DNA of 32,000 nucleotides from positions 1,998,829-2,030,828 of the forward strand of contig NC_015684.1 of NCBI RefSeq assembly GCF_000218565.1. The letters are read 5' to 3'. Below are positions 1-9,224 of the stretch, piece by piece (the first letter of the stretch is position 1; every line of letters starts with the position of its first letter). A program made the translations under genes and the position numbers. The DNA is from Afipia carboxidovorans OM5 (GTDB lineage Bacteria; Pseudomonadota; Alphaproteobacteria; Rhizobiales; Xanthobacteraceae). Below the pieces are notes generated by a model, which was not told the origin of the DNA, searched no databases, and was given only the letters and a program-made list of their open reading frames with translations.

Positions 1-423
1 GTCTATTTCACCGTGGGCCTCATCACCATCATCGGACTCGCGGCCAAGGACGCGATCCTCATCATCGAGTTCGCGAAGGACCTGCGCGAGAAGGAAGGCA
101 AGTCGCTGCTCACGGCGACGCTGGAAGCCTGCCACCTGCGGTTCCGGCCGATCCTGATGACGGGCTTTGCCTTCGTTTGTGGCGTGCTGCCTATGGTGGT
201 GGCGCATGGCGCCGGCGGCCTCAGCCAGCAGGCGCTCGGCACCGGCGTGATGGGCGGCATGATCGCGGTCGCGATTCTCGCGCTCTTGATGGTGCCGGTC
301 TTCTTCGTCTTCATTCAGGGGCTGTTCGAGAAACCGCCTGAGGAGCCGGAAGCGGTCACCGAAGACCCGTCCCAAGTGCCGGAAGGGCCGGATGCCGCGC
401 CCGCGCCGCAACCCGGTGCCTGA
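1..423 (+). CDS. RND efflux pump inner-membrane permease (AcrB/MexB family), C-terminal fragment; 5' end lies outside the window
   Basis: Frame 1 is open from base 1. The translation GLITIIGLAAKDAILIIEFA...LRFRPILMT...MVPVFF matches the conserved last TM helices of HAE1-type RND pumps, followed by a Pro/Glu-rich tail. Confidence 0.9.
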   Translation, partial: VYFTVGLITIIGLAAKDAILIIEFAKDLREKEGKSLLTATLEACHLRFRPILMTGFAFVCGVLPMVVAHGAGGLSQQALGTGVMGGMIAVAILALLMVPVFFVFIQGLFEKPPEEPEAVTEDPSQVPEGPDAAPAPQPGA

Positions 424-586
424 GGCGATATAATTCCGCTAAAAATATTCCTGTCGACAACTGCGAATATCACAACGGCTTCGTTGCGACGCAGCATACC
501 GAAAAGTCTATTGGTCAGGTTCGGCGGCCAAGCTTACAGTTTTGTGACAAGGCCGGGAGGTCGGACGTTTCGACAGGAGGCACAGC

Positions 587-1924
587 GTGAAGCGCATTCA
601 GTTTGCTCAGATTTTCGCAGCAGTCATGGTGCTTGGGTGGCCGTTAGGGGCTCAGGCACAGGCGATCTCGGGAAAAGTCAGCGTCGTCACCTCCTACTCG
701 AAGGATCTGACCGGCCCGATCAAGAAGGCTTTCGAGAAGGCGAACCCCGGCGTCACGCTCGACGTGCAGAACCGCAATACCCATGCGGGCGTCAAATTCC
801 TGGAAGAGACCAAGTCCAACAATCAGGTCGATCTGTTCTGGGCCTCTGCGCCGGATGCGTTCGAGGCGCTGAAGGCGAAGTCGCTGCTGCAGGTCTATAA
901 GCCCAAGGCGACCGGAATCCCGGAGAAGATCGGGCAATTCCCGATCAACGATCCCGACGGCTACTATTTCGGTTTCGCCGCGTCGGGCTACGGCATCATG
1001 TGGAATGAGCGCTACGTGAAGGCCAACAAGCTGCCCGAGCCGAAGGAGTGGCAGGACCTCGCAGCACCCGCGTATTTCGATCACGTCTCGATCGCGGCTC
1101 CGTCGCGCTCCGGCACCACGCATCTCACCATCGAGACGGTGTTGCAGGGCGAGGGCTGGGCCAAGGGATGGGGCACTATCCGCGAGATGGCCGGCAACTT
1201 CCGTGAAGTCACCGAGCGTTCGTTTGGCGTGCCGGATGGCGTGAACTCCGGTCAGGTCGGCTACGGCATCGTCATCGACTTCTTCGCCTTCTCCTCGCAG
1301 GCGACGGGCTTCCCGGTGAAATTCATCTATCCGAGCGTGACGGCGATCGTCCCGGCCAACATTGCGGTCGTCGCGAATGCGCCGAACAAGGCGGGCGCCG
1401 AAGCCTTTATCGAATTCCTGCTGTCGGAAGCCGGGCAGAACCTGTTGTTCGATCCGGGCATCCGCCGCCTGCCGGTCAACCCGGCGGTCTACAGCAAGGC
1501 TCCGAAGGACTATCCGAACCCCTTCACCGATCCGCGCCTGAACTCGATGGTGAAGTTCGACGTCAAGAAATCGGAATCGCGCAACGACGTGGTCGATGCG
1601 CTGTTCGACCAGACCATTACCTTCCAGATCGCCGATCTGAAACAAACCAAGAAGGCGATCGACACTGCCGCTACGGCGCTTGCGAAAAAGCCGAACCCGC
1701 AGGGCGAGGCGCTTCTGAAGGAGGCGCGCGGCCTGATGGAAGCGATGCCGATCACCGAGGAACAGGCATCGTCCTCCGAGATCGTCGGTGCATTCTCCGG
1801 CGGCAAGAAGAAGGAGAAGGGCGTGCGGCAGGCCGAGCTCGAGCAGCAATGGGCGACCTTTGCAAAGGAGAACAATGCAAAGGCCCGCGCCAAGGCGGAT
1901 GAAGCCCTGAAGCTTGCCAAATAA
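587..1924 (+). CDS. ABC transporter periplasmic substrate-binding protein (family-1 SBP, Fe(III)-like) with a long Lys/Ala/Glu-rich C-terminal extension
   Basis: GTG start 6 nt after AGGAGG. Signal peptide MKRIQFAQIFAAVMVLGWPLGAQAQA. SBP-like body. First gene of an SBP-permease-ATPase operon. Confidence 0.85.
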   Translation: MKRIQFAQIFAAVMVLGWPLGAQAQAISGKVSVVTSYSKDLTGPIKKAFEKANPGVTLDVQNRNTHAGVKFLEETKSNNQVDLFWASAPDAFEALKAKSLLQVYKPKATGIPEKIGQFPINDPDGYYFGFAASGYGIMWNERYVKANKLPEPKEWQDLAAPAYFDHVSIAAPSRSGTTHLTIETVLQGEGWAKGWGTIREMAGNFREVTERSFGVPDGVNSGQVGYGIVIDFFAFSSQATGFPVKFIYPSVTAIVPANIAVVANAPNKAGAEAFIEFLLSEAGQNLLFDPGIRRLPVNPAVYSKAPKDYPNPFTDPRLNSMVKFDVKKSESRNDVVDALFDQTITFQIADLKQTKKAIDTAATALAKKPNPQGEALLKEARGLMEAMPITEEQASSSEIVGAFSGGKKKEKGVRQAELEQQWATFAKENNAKARAKADEALKLAK

Positions 1925-1942
1925 GTTCGGACGACGTCGCGC

Positions 1943-3679
1943 ATGACCGCCGTCGGCTTACAACAGGAACGGCGCGGGACATTCCTGTCCCGTGCCTTCA
2001 GTGGCACGTCGTGGGGTCAGGCCAGCATTGCGCTCCTGATCCTCGCGTTTCTGATCTGCTTCCTGGTCTGGCCGGTCGCAACCGTCATCTGGGTCGCCTT
2101 CACCGAAAAGGGCACCGGCGCGTTCACGCTGGCGAACTTCGTCGATTTCGCGCGGACCGATCTGTTCATCCGCTCGTTCTGGAATTCGTTCTACGTCTCG
2201 GCGATGGCGGTCGTCGGCGCATCGATCCTCGCGCTGCCGCTCGCCTACTTCACCTCGCGCTTCACGTTCCGTGGTGCGGGCGTGATCCAGATCCTCGGTT
2301 TTCTGCCGCTGATCATGCCGCCCTTCGTCGGCGCTGTGGCGCTGCAACTGTTCTTCGGCCGCAACGGCACCGTGAACCTGCTGCTGGACGACTGGCTCGG
2401 CTTCAAGCTCGGCTTCATGGAAGGGCTGAACGGCGTCATCTTCGTTCAGTCGATCCATTATTTCCCGTTCATCCTCATCAATCTCTCCGCGGCGCTGCGA
2501 AACGTCGATCGCTCGATGGAGGAGGCGGCACAGAATCTCGGCTCGCACGGGTTGCGGCTGTTCCGGCGCATCGTGTTTCCGTTGGCGCTGCCGGGTTATG
2601 TCGCCGGCGCCTCGCTCGTGTTCGTGAAAGTGTTCGACGATCTCGCGACGCCGCTTCTTCTCAATGTGAAAGATATGCTTGCGCCGCAGGCCTATCTGCG
2701 CGTCACCTCGATCGGTATCGCCGACCCGATGGGCTATGTGATTTCCGTCGTGCTAATCGTCGCATCGGTCGCCTCGATGTGGGTGTCGTCGCTTGCGACC
2801 CGCAACGTCGATTACGCCACCACCCAGCGTGGCGGCGGTGGCATCGCCAAGCGGAAGCTGCGGCCGCTGGAAATGGCGCTCGCCTATCTGCTGCTGACGG
2901 TGATCATCCTGCTGGTGCTGGCACCGCATTTCGGTCTGGTGTTGTTGTCGTTTGCGACGATCTGGTCGTTCTCGCCGCTGCCCGACGGCTACACCACGGC
3001 GCACTACGCGCGCGTGTTCGGCGAAAGCTCGATCTACATCAAGAACACGCTGCTCTATGCCTCGCTCGCGGGCCTGATCGATATCGTGATCGGCACCGCG
3101 ATCTCCTATCTGGTGTTGCGCTCGAAACTGATGGGTGCGCGGGGGCTCGATCTGCTGGCGATGGCGGCGCTCGCCATTCCCGGCGTCGTGCTCGGCATCG
3201 GCTATCTGCGCGCGTTCTACGGCATTCCGCTATGGGATGGCACGCCGCTCGCCGCGTTCTGGATCGTGATCGTGATCGCATTGGCGATCCGCCGCCTGCC
3301 TTATGCGTTGCGCGCGTGCTACGCGGCGCTCCAGCAGATTTCGGCCTCACTCGAGGAGGCGGCGGAAAACCTCGGCGCGACCAAGGCCTCCACCGTGCGC
3401 CGCATCGTCGTGCCGCTGATGACCGGCGGCATCATGGCGGGCTTCATCACGAGTTTCGCAACAGCGGCGGTCGAGCTCTCCGCCACGCTGATGCTGGTGC
3501 AGGCGAACGAGGATGCGCCGCTCGCCTATGGCCTCTACGTCTTCATGCAGTCGGCCTCGGGTCGCGGGGCAGGCGCGGCGCTTGGCGTCATCGCCGTCGT
3601 CATTGTGGCAATCTCCACGGTCGCGTCGCAATATGTCATCGAGCGCGAGCGCCGCACGAAGACCGGCCACCTTTCGTAA
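1943..3679 (+). CDS. ABC transporter permease, fused double-domain (FbpB/SfuB-like, iron(III)-type)
   Basis: 578-aa polytopic membrane protein with two MetI-type permease halves, the size and layout typical of Fe3+ ABC permeases. Tightly spaced with its neighbours. Confidence 0.88.
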   Translation: MTAVGLQQERRGTFLSRAFSGTSWGQASIALLILAFLICFLVWPVATVIWVAFTEKGTGAFTLANFVDFARTDLFIRSFWNSFYVSAMAVVGASILALPLAYFTSRFTFRGAGVIQILGFLPLIMPPFVGAVALQLFFGRNGTVNLLLDDWLGFKLGFMEGLNGVIFVQSIHYFPFILINLSAALRNVDRSMEEAAQNLGSHGLRLFRRIVFPLALPGYVAGASLVFVKVFDDLATPLLLNVKDMLAPQAYLRVTSIGIADPMGYVISVVLIVASVASMWVSSLATRNVDYATTQRGGGGIAKRKLRPLEMALAYLLLTVIILLVLAPHFGLVLLSFATIWSFSPLPDGYTTAHYARVFGESSIYIKNTLLYASLAGLIDIVIGTAISYLVLRSKLMGARGLDLLAMAALAIPGVVLGIGYLRAFYGIPLWDGTPLAAFWIVIVIALAIRRLPYALRACYAALQQISASLEEAAENLGATKASTVRRIVVPLMTGGIMAGFITSFATAAVELSATLMLVQANEDAPLAYGLYVFMQSASGRGAGAALGVIAVVIVAISTVASQYVIERERRTKTGHLS

Positions 3680-3694
3680 GCGCGGGGGACACTC

Positions 3695-4819
3695 TTGGCA
3701 GATACCATCACCCAGTCCCAGATCGCCGATCCTCAGGCGGGCAAGCCGCAAGGGCTGGCCGTCAAGGCGGTCGATCTCAAGATCGACAATGTCAGCGCGG
3801 CCTATGGCGACAATGTCGTTCTTGACGGCATCAATCTCGACATCCGGCCGGGCGAACTGTTCGCGCTGCTCGGCCCCTCCGGCTGCGGCAAGACCACCTT
3901 GCTGCGACTGATCGCGGGCTTTGCCGATGCGCGGCAGGGCGTCGTTCTGGTGGACGGCAAGGACATCTCGCGGCTGCCGCCATGGAAGCGCGATGTCGGC
4001 ATGGTGTTCCAGTCCTACGCGCTGTGGCCGCATATGACCGTCGGCGACAACGTCGCGTTCGGCCTGCGCGAGCGGCGGTTGCCGCGCGCCGAGATCAAGC
4101 GGCGGGTCGAGGCAGCACTGACCTTCGTCGGGCTGACGAGCCAGATCGACCGCCGCCCGTCGCAACTCTCGGGCGGGCAGCAGCAGCGCGTGGCGCTGGC
4201 GCGGACCATCGCCATCGAGCCGAAGATTCTGTTGCTCGACGAGCCGCTGTCGAATCTGGATGCGAAATTGCGCGTGCAGGTGCGCCGCGAATTGCGTGCG
4301 CTGCAGAAGTCGCTCGGCCTCACCACCGTGATCGTGACGCACGATCAGGAGGAGGCGAATACGATCTGCGATCGCGTCGCTGTGATGAACGAGGGTAAGG
4401 TGCAGCAGGTCGGCACGCCGACCGAGCTCTACGAACACCCGGCCAACCTGTTCGTCGCGCAGTTTCTCGGAACGGCAAACGTCATCGAAGGCAAGTTCAC
4501 CGGTGCCGGATACCAGTCCGACCTCGGCATCATCCTGCCGGTCCCGCGCGGGCTTGCGGTGACGCCGGGCATGAAGCCGGTGTTCCGCCCGCAGGACACG
4601 CAACTTGCGCTGAAGGGGCAATCCGAACCGGGCGGCCCCACAATGCCGGGCGAGATCGTGGAACGGGAATTCCTCGGCAGCACGGTGCGCTACGGCGTGA
4701 AGGCGGGCGCGAGCCACATCTGGATCGACGCGCCATTCCGCTCCGGCGCATCGCTGATGGAGATCGGCTCGGCGGTCGAGGTGACGGTGCCGGTCGACCG
4801 GCTGCTCTGGCTCGCGTGA
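3695..4819 (+). CDS. ABC transporter ATP-binding protein (FbpC/PotA-like)
   Basis: Walker A GPSGCGKTT, signature LSGGQQQRVALAR, Walker B ILLLDEP, H-loop VTHD, and a C-terminal TOBE-like regulatory domain. TTG start 5 nt after GGGGGA. Confidence 0.9.
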   Translation: MADTITQSQIADPQAGKPQGLAVKAVDLKIDNVSAAYGDNVVLDGINLDIRPGELFALLGPSGCGKTTLLRLIAGFADARQGVVLVDGKDISRLPPWKRDVGMVFQSYALWPHMTVGDNVAFGLRERRLPRAEIKRRVEAALTFVGLTSQIDRRPSQLSGGQQQRVALARTIAIEPKILLLDEPLSNLDAKLRVQVRRELRALQKSLGLTTVIVTHDQEEANTICDRVAVMNEGKVQQVGTPTELYEHPANLFVAQFLGTANVIEGKFTGAGYQSDLGIILPVPRGLAVTPGMKPVFRPQDTQLALKGQSEPGGPTMPGEIVEREFLGSTVRYGVKAGASHIWIDAPFRSGASLMEIGSAVEVTVPVDRLLWLA

Positions 4820-4953
4820 TCGCGCTGGCAGGGCTCGTTTAGGGCGCACGCCGGTGCGGCATCGCCTCTATCGGCGGGCAATTGAATACTCTACCCGCGC
4901 CCGGTACGATCCGCGCACCATTGACCGCCATGCCCTCCCGTGAGGACATTTTC

Positions 4954-6387
4954 ATGCCGTTCCGTCACCTGACCACTATGCGCCGCCGCTCGTTCCTCAC
5001 CGGCAGCGCCGCCCTTGCCGCAGCCGCGACGCTGCCGCGCGCGGCGTTCGCGCAGATGCCGGCAGTGAAGGAATTCAAACTGACGGCCGCGCAGGGCAGA
5101 ACCTCATTCGCCGCCGACGTCATCCCGTCAACCGAGGTGTGGGAGTATAACGGGCAGGTGCCGGGGCCTGAGATCCGCGTCAAGCAGGGCGAGCGTGTCC
5201 GCATCGTCGTGAAGAACGGGTTGGCGGAGGAGACCACCGTGCATTGGCATGGGCTGCGGCTGCCGAACGCGATGGACGGCGTTCCGCATCTCACCCAGAA
5301 GCCGATCGCAACCGGCGACAGCTTCACCTACGAGTTCGATTGCGTCGATGCCGGGACGTTCTGGTATCACCCGCATTCGCGCAGCTCGGTGCAGGTCGGC
5401 CGCGGCCTCTCCGGTCCGTTCATCGTCGAGGAGCGTGAGCCGATCGCGGTCGATCGCGATATCACCTGGGCGCTCAACGACTGGCGCCTTCTCAAGGATG
5501 CCTCGATCAGCAACGATTTCGGCAACATGCATGATATGAGTCATGCGGGCCGCATCGGCAATTTCATCACCGTCAACGGCATCTCGCCGGAGACGTTCGA
5601 GGTGCGAAGCGGCGAGCGCATCCGGCTGCGGCTCATCAACACGTCAAACGCGCGCATCTTCGGCCTCACCTTCGAGGGCCATGCGCCGACCATCGTGGCG
5701 ATGGATGGCCATCCGGTTACGCCGCATGCGCCGGAAAAGGGGCAGGTCGTGATCGGGCCGGCGATGCGCGTCGATCTCGTGATCGATATGACCGCCGCGC
5801 CGGGCAGCCGCTTCAAGGTGATGGACTCGTTTTACCAGCAGCAGGAATTCCGGCTGTTTCACATGGTCTACGCCGACAAGCCGCTGCGCGCCGAGCCGCG
5901 CACCGATGCGATCGCGCTTCCACATAACCCGGTGCCCGAGCCGGACCTCGCCACGGCGCAACGCCATGACGTGGTGCTGGGCGGCGGCATGATGGGGCAG
6001 ATGGCTTCGGCACAAGTCGGCGGCGAGACGATGGATATCCGCACCATGCTGCGGCATGGGCTGATCTGGGCAATCAACGGCGTGGCCTCGACCGAGCATG
6101 TGCATGAGCCGATGGCGACGCTGAAGCGCGGCACCTCGCATATCCTTGCCATGGAAAACGAGACGGCGTGGTGGCACCCGATGCACCTTCACGGCCATGC
6201 GTTCCGCGTGCTGAGCCGCAACGGCGTGCCGACTAGGCATCGCGAGTGGCGGGACACGGTGTTGGTCGCGCCGCGCGAGCGTGTCGAGGTGGCGTTCGTC
6301 GCCGATAACCCCGGTGACTGGATGTTTCACTGCCATGTGCTCGAGCATCAGGCCGGCGGTATGATGGGCACGGTGCGCGTCATCTGA
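4954..6387 (+). CDS. Tat-exported three-domain multicopper oxidase
   Basis: Twin-arginine signal MRRRSFLTGSAALAAAATLPRAAFA. Copper-ligand motifs HWHG, WYHPH, HPMHLHGH and HCHVLEHQAGGMM. ATG at 4954 lies 7 nt after GAGGA; the ORF is open from 4882 and 4930 is an alternative start. Confidence 0.85.
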   Translation: MPFRHLTTMRRRSFLTGSAALAAAATLPRAAFAQMPAVKEFKLTAAQGRTSFAADVIPSTEVWEYNGQVPGPEIRVKQGERVRIVVKNGLAEETTVHWHGLRLPNAMDGVPHLTQKPIATGDSFTYEFDCVDAGTFWYHPHSRSSVQVGRGLSGPFIVEEREPIAVDRDITWALNDWRLLKDASISNDFGNMHDMSHAGRIGNFITVNGISPETFEVRSGERIRLRLINTSNARIFGLTFEGHAPTIVAMDGHPVTPHAPEKGQVVIGPAMRVDLVIDMTAAPGSRFKVMDSFYQQQEFRLFHMVYADKPLRAEPRTDAIALPHNPVPEPDLATAQRHDVVLGGGMMGQMASAQVGGETMDIRTMLRHGLIWAINGVASTEHVHEPMATLKRGTSHILAMENETAWWHPMHLHGHAFRVLSRNGVPTRHREWRDTVLVAPRERVEVAFVADNPGDWMFHCHVLEHQAGGMMGTVRVI

Positions 6388-6442
6388 CGTCAGCGCGGAG
6401 ACGGCGCGGGCAGAGCGGAAGAATAAGGGCGGAATAAGAAAT

Positions 6443-6477
6443 GGCCGGGCGGTTCGTCACCCCCCGGCCAATTTTTC
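6443..6477. terminator. Stem-loop with flanking T/A runs between convergent genes (possible bidirectional terminator)
   Basis: GGCCGGG...CCCGGCC stem followed by AATTTTTC. It sits between the multicopper oxidase (+) and the beta-barrel gene (-). Confidence 0.5.
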
Positions 6478-6516
6478 AAAGACCAATGATAGCCCGGTTC
6501 GTCAGGCGTATCGGAC

Positions 6517-7119
6517 TCAGGCGTGTTCGACGCTCGGGTGATAGCGCTTGACGCGACGAAGCGTGTTCTTGTCGGTGTGGTGCATCTCCTCGCCGGTCGC
6601 CGCGAGCTTCAGGAGAAGATCGGACGTGTAGCTGAAGGTGCCGTCATCGTTGATGGTGAAGGTGCTCTTGAAGTCGCGGATTTCCGCGCGCTCCAGCAAA
6701 TATTTATTCTGCAGGATGCCGTAGTGCGGCGCGCCGGGCTTTGCATCGAACGTCAAAACCTTGTCGCCGAGTTTGGCGCTGCTGCCGGCGAGAATTGCGA
6801 TACCGCGGCCGAACACCACGGTGCGCATCACCTCGCAGTTTGTCTTGTCCCACAACAGGAAGCCGAGCTCGTCGTGGAACGGGTCCATCGCTTCCTCGCC
6901 ATGGCGCCATGCGGTCATGCCGTAGTGCAGGCCCCATAGCTCCTGACGGCCGTTTTCCTGCACCGGAATCGGCTTGAACCAGGCCTTCTCGAAATAGGTG
7001 GTCTCGCCCGTGATGTCGTCCTTGTTGTGGTACGACAGATCGACCCCGACATCGCCTTCCCATTCGCCGACAAGCGGCGTCAGCGGCCCCAGTTTCTGGG
7101 GTCCGGTTACTTTCGTCAT
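6517..7119 (-). CDS. Heme-binding beta-barrel domain protein (DUF1794 / nitrobindin-THAP4-like)
   Basis: LVGEWEGDVGVD...FHDELGFLLWD pattern resembles the L..L.G.W.G.G and HDE.G motifs of this family as I remember them. ATG at 7119 follows GAGGGA; the ORF is open to 7137. Confidence 0.6.
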   Translation of the reverse strand: MTKVTGPQKLGPLTPLVGEWEGDVGVDLSYHNKDDITGETTYFEKAWFKPIPVQENGRQELWGLHYGMTAWRHGEEAMDPFHDELGFLLWDKTNCEVMRTVVFGRGIAILAGSSAKLGDKVLTFDAKPGAPHYGILQNKYLLERAEIRDFKSTFTINDDGTFSYTSDLLLKLAATGEEMHHTDKNTLRRVKRYHPSVEHA

Positions 7120-7600
7120 TCTCAAGTCCCTCGTCATATTGCGCCCGAGAGCAGACGTCCCTCGTCTTCAGGGCTCTCGGACATAGATCGTTTTGCGATC
7201 TAATGCTCAAAACATTCATTATGACGCACGGCAATGTTGCAAAATGGATTCGGCTGTTTTCATCCACGCGCTGTGCCAAAAATGCACCACCGATGCATCT
7301 TAAGCTGGCTACCGCGCTACCGTTGTATCGCTGTACGAGACATGATGAGGGTGAACAGCGGACGGCGGCGCAACCGCGCGCTGAGGCGACGGCACGGGCA
7401 TCGCTCGAAACGCGAACGTCGTTACGGAGAGGTCACGAAAAATCGCCGGTAGCGGTGCCATTCACCGGGCGGAAGGTGGTCGCGGATCTGGCGACAGCAT
7501 TCCCCGAAATGCGCGACAGCCCTCAGCCGCGCATGGCCGCCCAGCGAGCGGACTGCTCCTGCCGAACAGCGGAACGTAGAGAAAACTGCCGGCGAGGCTC

Positions 7601-7729
7601 CTATCGCAGGAAGCCGGCCAGCCCCAGCGCCAGATAGACCAGAAGGGCGATCAGAAAAGCGTGCCCAAGCCGCTCTCCGATACGCTCCGGAGTTCCGTAC
7701 TGGGTTTCAGTCGTCGCGCTTCCCGTCAT
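7601..7729 (-). CDS. Possible 42-aa small membrane protein (hypothetical)
   Basis: ATG 5 nt after GGAG. The C-terminal half, FLIALLVYLALGLAGFL, is a single hydrophobic helix. It lies in an otherwise gene-less 730-bp gap. Confidence 0.3.
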   Translation of the reverse strand: MTGSATTETQYGTPERIGERLGHAFLIALLVYLALGLAGFLR

Positions 7730-7868
7730 GATTGCTCCGGCGGTTCTGTTAAGGCCGAAGCAATAACCGGAAAGTTCGGGGCTTCTCGACGTGACAACCT
7801 GCCGCGCGAACACATGTCTCGGGCTGCGTGCAGGCTATTGATTTTACTGGAAATATAGAAACGCTGAG

Positions 7869-8294
7869 TTAGCCCTTGGCCAGTGGGCCATGGTCATGGC
7901 TTCCATCGGCCAGCGTTTCGATGATCCGGCATTCGGCCACCCGGCCGCATGCACATTCCGCGATCATCCGGGATAGCTCCGCCTTCAAACTCGTGAGCGC
8001 CGCGATGCGCTTTTCAACCTCCACCAGACGCGCCTTCGCGATCTCATCGGCCACGGCACAAGGCTGATCCGGATCGTCCTGAAGAAGCAGGAGCGTGCGA
8101 ATGGCGTCGAGGTCAAAGCCCAACTCGCGCGCATGACGAATGAAGGTGAGGCGGGCCACGGCGTCGTTGCCGAAGCGCCGTTGCTGGCCTTGGGTGCGGG
8201 GCGGTTGGGGCAAAAGGCCGATCCGCTCGTAATAGCGGATGGTCGGCACCTTGACGTCAGTCCGCTGCGACAGTTCGCCGATCGAAAGATTCAT
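7869..8294 (-). CDS. MerR-family metal-responsive transcriptional regulator
   Basis: N-terminal HTH MNLSIGELSQRTDVKVPTIRYYERIGLL, a coiled-coil dimerisation helix, and a C-terminal Cys/His cluster (ECACGRVAEC...HDH). Divergent from a metal efflux gene. Confidence 0.9.
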   Translation of the reverse strand: MNLSIGELSQRTDVKVPTIRYYERIGLLPQPPRTQGQQRRFGNDAVARLTFIRHARELGFDLDAIRTLLLLQDDPDQPCAVADEIAKARLVEVEKRIAALTSLKAELSRMIAECACGRVAECRIIETLADGSHDHGPLAKG

Positions 8295-8321
8295 CCCAAG
8301 CCTTTGAGCTTATCAAGCCTC

Positions 8322-8352
8322 TTGAACCTCTAGTGACTATAGGGATTAGCGT
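8322..8352 (+). promoter_or_regulatory. MerR-type promoter/operator for the CDF gene: TTGAAC-N19-TAGCGT with an internal dyad
   Basis: -35 TTGAAC at 8322-8327 and -10 TAGCGT at 8347-8352, with the over-long 19-bp spacer characteristic of MerR-activated promoters. Imperfect palindrome CCTCTAG-TGA-CTATAGG at 8327-8343. RBS AAGGAGA before ATG 8376. Confidence 0.55.
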
Positions 8353-8375
8353 GCCTCTGGAAAAGGAGACACGCG

Positions 8376-9110
8376 ATGGCCGATCACTGCTGCAATGACC
8401 AGGCGAGCGCCTGCTGCGCCCCGCCGCCATTGAACCTTCCGAAGCAGCATGCGGGGCAGCAACATCGCGACACATGCGGGTGCTCCGAAGGCGTGCCGGT
8501 CTTCGACGGCATGGACGCGCGCTACAAACGCGTGCTCTGGATCGTGATTTCCATCAACGGTGCGATGTTCTTCACCGAGATGATCGCGGGCCGGATGGCG
8601 CAGTCACAGGCGCTGCAAGCCGACGCGCTGGATTTTCTCGGCGATACGGTCACCTATGGCCTCAGCCTCGCGGTCATTGGCGCATCGTTGCGCGCGCGTG
8701 CAACGGCCGCGCTGTTCAAGGGACTGTCGCTGAGCGTGATGGGTCTCTGGGTGTTCGGCTCCACGATCTACCGGACACTCGTGGTCGGCATGCCGAGCGC
8801 CGAAGTGATGGGGGCGATCGCGTTCCTGGCGCTTGCCGCCAATCTCGCATCGGTGTTGCTGCTGATGCGCTACAAAGACGGCGACGCCAATGTGCGCTCC
8901 GTCTGGCTTTGCTCGCGCAATGACGCCATCGGCAACGTGGCGGTGATGGGCGCGGCACTCGGCGTGTGGGGAACGGCGACGGCCTGGCCCGATCTCATCG
9001 TTGCCGGGCTCATGGCAGGAATTTTCCTGACCTCATCGGCGCAGATTTTGCGACAGGCGTGGCGCGAATATCGCGAGGGCGGGCAGCCAAGCTCCGTGGC
9101 GGCGGAGTGA
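8376..9110 (+). CDS. Cation diffusion facilitator (CDF) family divalent-metal efflux transporter
   Basis: Cys/His-rich N-terminus (MADHCCNDQASACC...CGCSEG). Six predicted TM segments with CDF-like D/H-containing TM2 and TM5 (ADALDFLGD, SRNDAIGN). Paired with the MerR regulator. Confidence 0.85.
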   Translation: MADHCCNDQASACCAPPPLNLPKQHAGQQHRDTCGCSEGVPVFDGMDARYKRVLWIVISINGAMFFTEMIAGRMAQSQALQADALDFLGDTVTYGLSLAVIGASLRARATAALFKGLSLSVMGLWVFGSTIYRTLVVGMPSAEVMGAIAFLALAANLASVLLLMRYKDGDANVRSVWLCSRNDAIGNVAVMGAALGVWGTATAWPDLIVAGLMAGIFLTSSAQILRQAWREYREGGQPSSVAAE

Positions 9111-9224
9111 TGCGATCAGAGCTCTCGCAGGATTGATTGTGCGTTAGCGATGCGAACGACGTCGACGCTAGCTTCAGCGGCGAGCCGCCCGCGGCTGTCC
9201 GATAAAAGCGAAAGGGACGTTCGC

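Noticed and set aside
424-586. Iron-regulator box (Fur/Irr ICE/RirA) upstream of the ABC operon
   Set aside because: The region contains AT-rich stretches (GCTAAAAATATTCCTG), but I could not match any consensus convincingly by eye. It needs a PWM scan.
644-1849. 401-aa minus-strand ORF antisense to the SBP gene
   Set aside because: This is a typical high-GC shadow ORF: Arg/Leu/Asp-rich, with no motifs, and entirely inside a well-supported plus-strand gene. The same reasoning applies to 1958..2548, 2011..3825, 3347..4849 and 5644..6348.
7203-7637. 144-aa plus-strand ORF in the 730-bp gap
   Set aside because: Arg/Ala/Pro-rich translation with no RBS and no recognisable domain. It is most likely a chance ORF in GC-rich non-coding DNA.
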